Under the pieces are notes generated by a model. That model had not been told where the DNA came from. It worked only from the letters and a program-made list of their open reading frames with translations, and ran no database searches. A DNA stretch of 60,377 nucleotides, the filler included, from Sphacelaria rigidula (Eukaryota): the NCBI GenBank assembly GCA_964200075.2. It is 8 parts of 8 records of this genome, joined end to end, with 100 filler letters (N's around TTAATTAATTAA, not from the genome) between each part and the next. Parts side by side here need not be neighbours in the genome. Positions count along the whole stretch, not along the records: positions 45,360 to 52,818 come from CAXNAA020014829.1; positions 52,919 to 60,377 come from CAXNAA020014830.1; 6 more parts are not named here. The stretch is one strand, 5' to 3'. Position 1 is the first letter of the stretch. Every line of letters begins with the position of its first letter. The position numbers and the translations under genes are program-made. This document shows, piece by piece, positions 51,518 to 60,377 of the stretch.

Positions 51518-52192
51518 TATCGATTGTAGTATAGGAAAGTTCGGTAAGAGCATAATCGATCAGAGCCTACTCACAGCGATGGTTAGATCTTTTACATCGA
51601 TTATAGCATAGAAAAGTTTGGTGAAAGCATAATCGATCAGAGCCTACTCAGCTACTTCTTATGTATAAAAAAATAAAACTCGATGAATAATGCATTTTTG
51701 GCCCTTCTTCGTCGTTTTTCCCCCGAAAAGAGGGCTAGACGGATGTTGACACTTTTGAATGACTTGCTGTGCTCGTTGAGACCGTTTCGGAGTATCTCTG
51801 CGTTTCCCGCAGGTTACGGTTTGTTTTTGACCAAACTTGCATTTTCAATAACAAACGGCCAACTTATCAAAAAACAGGGTGAAGACTGCCATATTTCTGA
51901 TTACTTGACCGTTTGTTATTGAAAAAGCAAGTTTGGTCAAGAGCAAAACTGCGACTTGCGGGAAACGCAAAGGTGCTCTGGAACGGTCTCAACGTGCACA
52001 CCAAGTATTTCCAACATGTCACATCCACCTGGCCCCATGTTCGGACGAAAAACGACGAAGGAGGGTAAAAACTGTACTTTTCAACAAGATTTATTTTTTG
52101 ATACATGAGAAGTAGCCTTACAGCGACGGTTAGATCTTTTACATCGATTATAGCATAGAAAATTTTGGTGAGAGCATAATCGGTCAGAGCCT
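51518..52192 (+). repeat. ~78-bp tandem repeat (3 units) interrupted by a MITE
   Basis: The unit ATCGATT(G/A)TAG...AGCATAATCG(A/G)TCAGAGCCTA occurs at ~51518, ~51596 and ~52142. Confidence 0.8.
51651..52117. mobile_element. Fold-back MITE, Harbinger-type 3-bp TSD
   Basis: GCTACTTCTTATGTATAAAAAAATAAA ... TTTATTTTTTGATACATGAGAAGTAGCC, TSD TCA/TTA. The empty site CCTACTCACAGCG is in the preceding repeat unit. Confidence 0.82.
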
Positions 52193-53489
52193 ATTTACTT
52201 GCGCGGAGGGTGTAGCTGCTGACTCGTTCTCTTTTTGTTGCTTTGGTTGTTTTTGTTGCTTTTTGCGCTGTGTGGTACCGTACCGAAATGAGGGCGTGTG
52301 TTTAACCCTTTTGGAGCCCACTGACGACTTTTGTTTTCGTGAATCGGCATCATTTTGACTTGAAAATGACTTGAACTGATGCCGATTCACAAAAATAAAA
52401 ATCGTCAATGGGTTCCAAAAGGATTAAACACCTTTTTTTTCGATCGAAAATGTGTGGTGGAAACGACGGTGGAAAAGGAAAACTCCGATCTGATGTTGAT
52501 GGTTTCAAATATCGTCACTCATGTTGACATCATGACCTATCAGATGAAAATTCACGACCTATCAACGCGAATGTTCGCAAATCTTTTTTCGATTGAAAGG
52601 GTGCGGCGGAAAAAGGAAATATGTTGTCTCCCCCTTGTCCAAAAAATATCATTCAATCCCAACCAACCCCCCCCCTCAACCAAAGCCTTAGTCTTATCGT
52701 GGTCAGTGGTCAGTGGTCACACGACTAAGGCAAGCAACGAATGAGTACACCCCCCCCCTCTCCCCCCCCCCCTCCCCCCAACACCCTTCCCTTCACCCAC
52801 CCTCACCCCCCCCTTCACNNNNNNNNNNNNNNNNNNNNNNNNNNNNNNNNNNNNNNNNNNNNTTAATTAATTAANNNNNNNNNNNNNNNNNNNNNNNNNN
52901 NNNNNNNNNNNNNNNNNNGCGGGCATTCTGATATATTTTTGTCTTTTATTTTGGCGCAGGACTCACCCGATAGGCAGTACCCCCCCCCCCCCCCTGTACC
53001 ATTCTTGCGCCAAGACATGAAGATATTTTGTAAAAAATCTGATCTCATTTCACACCGTTGGGCACTGCTGCAATACGCAGCCCCAAATTCATTGACATGG
53101 ACTTGTTGACTGCGGTTCACATGACATATAGCCGGAGTTGCAGCGCGTCGTGGCGACGATAGTTTTGTATTTGGCCGTCCCTCCTAAACTGAGCACCTTT
53201 ACAGGTGATATGTAAACGAGTTTTGTACAGATCGTCATCATTCACAGGGTGCCCCAATACAGATTGATGTGTTTCGCCAGCGCAGCAGTCGCCCATGACG
53301 TGGAAGTTATTGCACCAGCGTATTCAGATATGTTTTCATCCACGGTGCACGAAGTTTAGGCTGCGGGATTGCCGTTTTGAAGGCGATGTTGTCTTTGTCG
53401 TTGCATCTGTTTGCACGTGAGTAGCGTTTGTTTACTGCAGGATTTCCCAACGCGGTACTGCTCGGTAATATTTCTTGAATTTTATGTGA

Positions 53490-53627
53490 CAGGTGTGCGA
53501 CATCGCACAGCAGAATCATCACAAAATAGGAATTGAGTCAAGGACGCATTGCATAGCAGGAGTGCGACATCGCAGAGCAGGATCATCACAAAATAGGAAT
53601 CACGTCAAGGACCCATCGCACAGCAGG
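53490..53627 (+). repeat. 67-bp tandem duplication upstream of the sulfotransferase ATG
   Basis: CAGG(T/A)GTGCGACATCGCA(C/G)AGCAG(A/G)ATCATCACAAAATAGGAAT... at 53490 and 53557. Confidence 0.85.
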
Positions 53628-53705
53628 GTTGTTACTCGGCGTTTCCGATAGAAGCGAAACAAACGGTGCCTGTGTTCCCTTCAAAGTCTCAAGTCTCGCG
53701 AAAAT

Positions 53706-53769
53706 ATGAGGCCACGGGTTTCGCGCGTGGTATCACGGATGGGATGTCTGGCAACACTCGGCGCAATCG
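53706..53769 (+). CDS. Sulfotransferase exon 1 (start, cytosolic tail, start of the TM anchor)
   Basis: ATG..MRPRVSRVVSRMGCLATLGAI, donor ATCG|GTGAGC. Phase 1 joins exon 2 to give the hydrophobic stretch CLATLGAIGLVLLSA. Confidence 0.7.
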
Positions 53770-54184
53770 GTGAGCAGATATCAGCGTAACAATCTTACTT
53801 TGTTGTTTTATTGACATCGGTGAGTGTACGTGAGCGTGTTCGCCAATGAGGCAAACTGGGCCGCTGACTACAAACCTGCTGTTTGTCCTCCCATGCTTCA
53901 TGGATATTGTGTGTAGACGGACAGGAGCTGTGCAGAGTAGCTTCATGTGCCCCATCGTGTGCACACAGCTCCTAATATAAATGCGCCGAGCATATTGACC
54001 AACGCCGACGACGCTGTAAGCTCTCGTCACCGCATCGCCACGTCTGCCATACGTGACGTTCTCCGCTAGCTCGGATAGCATCGTATTAGGTTATATTTTC
54101 GATATCTCGCCTGTCCACTCATACCAGTCCTCCGGCATGATCATGTGGTGATATGTCGAATCCCTTTCCGGTACCATGTGTCAG

Positions 54185-54402
54185 GTCTAGTTCTTCTCTC
54201 GGCGAAGATCTCGTCCAATCTGAGGGGCAGTATCTCTTACTCTGACACTAGCGGCGACAACAATGGTTTCGCTGTTAGCAAGAATAGTGCTCTGACGGAG
54301 GCGTTCAAAGCGGGCGCCGGGGATGACAACTATTGCCCCATATGTAACCTCTTGTTCAACCAGATCGAGGCAACTCCAGGAGAGCGCGCACAAGTCGTGG
54401 AG
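54185..54402 (+). CDS. Sulfotransferase exon 2 (TM end and stem)
   Basis: Acceptor GTGTCAG|, donor GAG|GTGAGA. Encodes GLVLLSAKISSNLRG...YCPICNLLFNQIEATPGERAQVVE, phase 1 to 0. Confidence 0.75.
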
Positions 54403-55532
54403 GTGAGAGCGTTTATCGTGAGATCTGCCCTTCCCCCCCCCCGCCCCCCCCCCCCCCCCGCCCCCCCCCCCCCCGCCCCCCCCCCCGCCCCCCCCCCCGC
54501 CAACNNNNNNNNNNGGGGGAGGTCCGGGGGGCGCGGCCCACGGCTGGGGGGGGGGGGCCGTTTGGGGGGGGCCTGCCCTCCCCCCCCCCCCCCCCCCTCC
54601 CCCGTGCGTCTCACCGTCTTCGATTTAAGATCTATACTTGCCCAGCCAAACTACAGCGTCGTTACCATGACATTGCGGCACCCGACGTTCAGACCTGTGT
54701 CCCCTGACATGTAATCCAAGTGCCTTGATTTCGGCCAGCAGTCTTACTCTAGAGGTCTGTCTGTTTGCTGAAGAAGAATCTTGGGAGACGCGTATCGTGA
54801 CAATGGTTCAGAGGGCCTTCGTTATTCATTTCTGAGATATCACGCGCGCGTTTGCTGCAAGTTGAGAGCATGAAGTATCTCGTAGAATATGGCGTTGTCG
54901 ACCATGATTATGGTTATGACATGTAACTGTGCGTCAGCTGGGATTGTACTTAAGCATGCGTCGTTGCTGGAGTCGATAGATGTTTCGATTACATAAACAC
55001 CTGAATATGGCGCCTACACTACTCTCACCGTTATAACTCGGAGTTGGAAATATGTGGTAGGCAGCAGACACAAATCCTCTCCAACCAGACGTTGGTGGTC
55101 AGAACCATTCGCAAGTTGCCATCACAAGCATACCTAATCGCGCTGCGAGTATCCAAAGCGCCATGTGCAAACTCCCTCAAACCCGAGACTCTATTCATGT
55201 ACTTTACTTCGTTGATATTCTGTATTGGGAGTGACATCCAGCCGCAATCTTTCCTATCCGCTCATTCCCACGCCCCATGCATTAGACTGATATCTGCATT
55301 TCGTACTCCCGCAGAGGTAATGCACGGCAAACGTTTCCAAATTGAGCCGAGGCTTCGTCGTTTTCTTCACCTTTTGCTCGGCATTTTGAGCCGCGCTGTT
55401 TGTGTTGTCATCCTTGTGTTTGTGCCCCTCTCCCCCCCTCCTTCCCCTCCCCGTCGACTCTTGGAGGCCAACCACACGGGCATCATATGTTTGCTGTACT
55501 CTGCATGCTTGACTCCTCTCCCTTTTCATCAG

Positions 55533-55768
55533 GTGCAACTACGAGGAGAGCCAAAAAGTGGCACAACATACATGTTCGACTGGGCCGGGGGAATGCTAAT
55601 GCATGCATGTAGATATCTGAAGACAGCTTTTGGCGAGGACAGTTGTGAGGTCGAGTGGGAAACCGTCGACGTGGATGGACTGACAAGTTTGCAGAATTTC
55701 CAACTCAAGTTTGAGCCCAAGGCTGGCTTGGAAAATGACGCTCCATGTCGGTGTCACACTGTGGATCG
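55533..55768 (+). CDS. Sulfotransferase exon 3 (5'-PSB loop)
   Basis: Acceptor TTTTCATCAG|, donor CG|GTGAGA. VQLRGEPKSGTTYMFDW contains the PAPS-binding motif PKSGTT. Phase 0 to 2. Confidence 0.9.
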
Positions 55769-55936
55769 GTGAGAATGTATAGGTTCGCGCTAGCGTTGGT
55801 ACCTTGGGGTCTACGCGGCTCCCCCGCACTGTGAAATCGTTCTCGCTGCAAAAACCCGTCTCCTTGCTACAAACGTTTGCTTGGGCCCCGTGCCCGTCAG
55901 TGTACGACCTGTTGTCACCAACGCAGTTGTTTGTGT

Positions 55937-56421
55937 GAGTCCATGATGTGCAGTTCATGAGCGTCTGACAGCATGTTCGTGAGATTAGGAACGAACATTT
56001 TTTCGGTACGGCAGGCTTTTGCGTGATTTGCACCAAGACAGTCGAATCGTCCGAAACAGTCGTCACCTCCTGAAAGCCCGTGATGTGACGGAAATGTTGA
56101 TATCACAAGATTTAAAGTCAACATGGTCAGTGCAGAGTTACGAGGAAATATGTGTCCAAGAAAAGAAAACTATTTGATGCATTTTATCGGCCATATCTTC
56201 CATGAAACCTGATTGCGCCACGATTCCCGTCAGATCGCGGATGTTCAGGGGGGTGACGGCCGTTACGGACGATTCAACTGTGTTGGTGTAAATCACGAAA
56301 AACCTCCCGTTCGAAAAAAAGTCGTTCCTAATCTCACAGACATATTGTTGCCTTGGTGGAGGAAGAATTGTTCATGATAAGCAGTACAAAAAAGTGGTGA
56401 ATTGGTATGATGCATGGACTC
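55937..56421. mobile_element. Fold-back MITE in sulfotransferase intron 3
   Basis: GAGTCCATG...CATGGACTC ends. The arms (e.g. GTGAGATTAGGAACGA / TCGTTCCTAATCTCAC) pair imperfectly over ~150 bp. No clear TSD. Confidence 0.7.
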
Positions 56422-56620
56422 AATGATTTTGCGGCCGAGGAGTGAAGGGCGCGGTACTATCAACTAAGCGTACATTAGTATCGAACTACAAACACTTGAA
56501 TTTTTCCTGACCCTTCGTCTCTTTGCCCATTCCCCCCCTGCGTGCTCCCACTTGCCTTGCAACTACTCTCGTGGCCACTTGCTGCGTTACTACTTCCTGG
56601 AATGAAACGAACGAACGCAG

Positions 56621-57359
56621 CGTATCTGTTAGTATTACGAAACACGCGAAACACAAGTTTCCGGTCCCTTCCAAGTGTCCATGGGCACACACCGACACGA
56701 TCGCTACGGGGGAGAAACCACCGTGCAGCTTCAAAGATGGCACGATACCGAAAAATTTCTCCGAGTTGCGGCGGTGTATGGAGGAATCGCCATGCCGGCA
56801 GGAGGACAATCGGCGACAGATGGTAATTTTGCGAGATCCGAGGCCAATGGCGGTTAGCACATACTTTTACTTGAAAGCGCATGGCCGAGAGTTTAAGGTC
56901 GGGTTCGGCGAGGGAAAAAATTTGGAGCAAGAATTGACTGTTGACGAGTACGTCGTGCGCATGATTGACATTTTGTGCCAGTGGGTATCTATTCGATATC
57001 TCCTGCATGCCACGGGCCACACGTGGGAGAGATCGACTTTTTTCTGGTATGATGACGGCATGTCCGACCCGTTCAATTGGCACCGAAGTTTCCTCGGCTC
57101 CGTGGGCATGCAGATGCCCTTATCGGTGGTCTCTAACGCCACCAATGCAGCCCTACGGAACGACTTTGGCTTCAAGACCAAAGGCGGATTGGATGAGCAT
57201 CCCGGTGCAAAGGGCGTTGCCAAGAATGCCACAAGCCGCTCGTATAAGGATGAAGTTCGACCGGACACGCTACGGGTTATGGATGATGCTATGCGGACGT
57301 GGCTGCCTCCAGTGCTTCAGACGAAATTCGGCATGACTCCTGCAGATGAAAGAAAGTAA
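56621..57359 (+). CDS. Sulfotransferase exon 4 (3'-PB motif to stop)
   Basis: Acceptor AACGCAG|, phase 2. VILRDPRPMAVSTYFY (3'-phosphate-binding motif), FWYDDGMSDP (cf. YEDLxxDP) and stop TAA. The spliced CDS is 1257 nt, 418 aa. Confidence 0.92.
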
Positions 57360-58194
57360 AGCGCCGAAAAGGTTTTGGGAGTACACCCACATGTACGTTT
57401 TTTCGGAAGCGCCAGATCCTTCGCGAGTGCGGTGCTACAATCGCGTCGCTGGAAAGGCGCCACAGACAGCTGTAGATCAAAACATGACTCATGGTCAACC
57501 GCACAGGTTGTTCTCTTGTAGATAGTCGCTCCTGGAAAATGTCGGCGCTCCGGTGTCGATGTCAAGTGAACTAGCACGAGTTTATAATACGATTTTCAGG
57601 GTACTTGATTTGGAATTTTTAGATGGAATCGTTTATGACACAATTTATGTTCTTTTGTTTTTAATTTTTACGTAAAATTCATGAGATTTGTCAGGACGGA
57701 TTCTGCCGTGTTTTTGGTTTTGTAGATCTTAGTAGAGCACTACATTGCGATCTCCTAATGAAGTCGCTCCACACGTTCAGCTCAGCATGTAGCCATCGAA
57801 CTACACAGGTCATGCGAACGCTTCCTCGCATGTGCTGCCAAGTTGGTTGCCCACGAGCTTGAGTTTCCTGTCGCACCGGTACGCCGCGGTGATCTAGCTG
57901 CCCGGTCGAGCTTAAAACCGGTCGACCCTTTGACCGCGAGGGTAGGTCACCTGCTGAATCAACATCAAAATTCACTTGAAAAAGTATGCGTGATCCAGAT
58001 GGACTACCCGCATCGCGGTCTAAGGGTTAAGTTGGGCTGGGGGGTGTGATACCTAGCACATACAGTTCTTCGCGATATCGTTTTCGAGAAAGCATCTGAT
58101 CTCCATCGTTGAAAACGTAAGGACGTGCGTGAAAACGAACATTTGTCGAAAGCCGCCGCAGTGCGGGAGCGCTAACCCAACCCGTGATACGAAA

Positions 58195-58449
58195 GAGGCG
58201 TCCTGCGGTAGGGGTTGTACATTTGGACCCACATCTTTCTCACTCAGCTGCGCCTGAAGTTAGGAGCTACACAAGAATATGGGTCAGGATAGTCCCTATT
58301 TTCATACCCATTCGGGGTATTCCCAGTCCATTGGAAGACTAGTCGTGGCGTGCTTTCCACATCTCATAAATTGTTTTTGGATAAAATAGAGAGCTCCCAA
58401 CAATTCGATCCGCAGAAAATATTTGTGCACTCCTGCCGTAGCACCGCTC
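58195..58449. mobile_element. GAG...CTC MITE (Sola-like), diverged, inverted relative to 9196-9455
   Basis: GAGGCGTCCTGCGGTAGGGGTTGTAC ... GTGCACTCCTGCCGTAGCACCGCTC, flanks GAAA/CAAA. The interior matches 9196-9455 in reverse. Confidence 0.7.
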
Positions 58450-59187
58450 CAAAATATCAGGATGTGCAGTATCGGGGAATAAGGGATAAATCCCCTGAGA
58501 CGACGGGTTCGCCCTGAGGGAGGAGGCCGGTTGAAAATGACAACACTAGATGCTATCTTAAGCATTGACGAGATTATTTACGGCATAGATTTTTCAAGAC
58601 TCACTTTTGTGATTTTCCCAAGTGGGTTTTACCGTGGGAAACACACGGTAATTTGGTGAATACTTCGTCCCCTTTATAAATCGGAAGTATCATCACCACC
58701 TTTGCCAAGCAAATTACATTCTCTCGATCCAAATCAACTCGTTTCCTAGCAAATGGTATTTTTCCATCCCTGTCCAAACAAATCTGCGCAAATGCCGGCA
58801 TTTCTCATATGATACCTTATCACCATCCAAACAAATACCACGCCAAATATATTTCTTCCAATTGCTGCATAGGAAAGCGAATGGAAAACCTTGAAAATCA
58901 AAGCCAGCAATCCAGCGGCAGCTTTGTGCCAAGAGGAACTCGCTACTGTGGAGGCTGCCTCACTGTGTTAGCGTGGAGGCTTTAGCTAAGACGCCTATTG
59001 TCTCATCTCTTCGAGCCATTATGAGATTAATAGATCAACAGCTGATTTGGAGCACGGGGAAACGATCGATACCCTCACCTTCACCTAATTCGTCATCTAT
59101 CTAGAGAGATGACGTACAGAGGGATCCATACTAAACTCAATATATTGCGAGCAGAGGCAATAAGTGCATCATATATATCTGGATTTA

Positions 59188-59630
59188 ACACGGGATCTTA
59201 CAATTTGGGGATAGATTTTTTATTAGGATGAGAAATCCGGAGAATTAAAATCTTCGTATTCACACCAAATCTTCGAAATATGGTTCCATTTCTTCACCTA
59301 CTAATAGCTATTGATAACTGCTACACGCCATACAAATTTGGATTTCAATCACCGAAATGTTGGGGTCCTAGGTAAAAAACCAACTTTTTGGAGAATTTTG
59401 GGTGTCTGAACGGACGCCAAAATGATTCCAAAAATGGTTTTTCACCCAAGACCCCAAAATTTTGGTATTCGAAATCCAAATTTGTATGGCGTGTAGCAGT
59501 TATCAAGAGCTATCGGTGGGTGAAGAAATGGAAGCATATTTCGAATATTTGGTGTGGATACGAAGATTTTAATTCTCCGGGTTTCTCATCCCCAATAAAA
59601 GATCCATCCCCAATTTGTAAGATCCCGTGT
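59188..59630. mobile_element. Near-perfect ~445-bp palindromic MITE flanked by TA
   Basis: ACACGGGATCTTACAATTTGGGGAT ... ATCCCCAATTTGTAAGATCCCGTGT, with arms of ~190 bp. Confidence 0.88.
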
Positions 59631-60377
59631 TATTTCGCGTCTCAATTTTGAGAGTTACTCTCTAAAATTTGGCATGGATGGAGACTCGTTAGGGCATAAT
59701 AAAAAAGCTCCAGCTCCTTGAAATTTTGTTCATATGTTTTCGTGTGCTCGTGGTGTTTCAGTGAAAGTTGAATACTATTTTCCCTCCCATCTCAGTTTCT
59801 CAGCTCAATTTCTGGAATTGTGATTCGAAATTGAGTACAGTATGGAGAATGACAAGGGCATATTGGAAACATGACTTCGAAAATGAGTGTGGAGAATCGC
59901 AAGGGAAAACTAGAAACATAAGAAATGGGCTTCGTTTGTGGTGAGTTGAGTGTTTTCGTGAAAAATTGTCTTTATTGATGTACTAGAACGTCCTGCAAAC
60001 CTCACGGAAAAATGAAAAAATCAATGTGTTCCATTTAATTTTTTTTTTGCCCTAGCGATTTCCCACGCAAAATTTCGAAGCACGAGTACCAACACTAGGC
60101 TGGTAAATGGCCTGCAATCTGATGTTCCGAATCTCAACCAGCCTGGGTTTGATTTTGAGAGTTGGGCTTTGTGACGCCAGCCATAAGAACAACTGCTGGA
60201 TCAATCAATGCTGTTAACGGGACGCCCCAGTCACACTAGCCTCAGTTGCAGTTGTCAGCCTTTACAACATTTCATTATCGGCAGACGCTCGCAGACGGCA
60301 GGCAGTGAGTAGAGTAGATCAATGAAATCTCCAGATCGCAGCTGACGCACCCCTCTGCACGACGCTAGCAACAGTTA

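Noticed and set aside
51518-52192. Repeat-spacer-like pattern resembling CRISPR
   Set aside because: These are contiguous tandem units without unique spacers, in a eukaryotic context with no cas genes.
7461-52918. Regularly spaced TTAATTAATTAA motif every ~7.56 kb
   Set aside because: It is embedded in N runs and is an artificial concatenation linker, not biology. Neighbouring scaffolds are unlinked.

Overview
This window is eukaryotic and is not one locus. It is eight unrelated scaffolds of 7,459-7,460 bp, joined by identical 100-bp N44-TTAATTAATTAA-N44 linkers, so nothing should be inferred across linkers. GT-AG intron structure, the transposon content and the gene types suggest a brown alga or related stramenopile (inference). 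Most of the sequence is decayed transposons: a chromodomain-bearing Ty3/Gypsy element with tandemly reiterated LTRs, Copia, LINE, pogo-type and probable piggyBac and hAT remnants, and many MITEs classed by their termini and target-site duplications (TSDs). Host genes: a complete, phase-consistent 4-exon type II membrane sulfotransferase (418 aa, 53706-57359); three exons of a hotdog-fold acyl-CoA thioesterase; one exon of a probable surface protein; and exons of an unidentified minus-strand gene. The most novel-looking signal is a ~200-bp TGTAA...TTACA MITE that carries telomere-like (GGGTTA)n repeats and mostly has CCGT-type 4-bp TSDs (Ginger-like). It has four copies, and an empty site is visible. 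I found no prokaryotic-type system such as CRISPR or operons.
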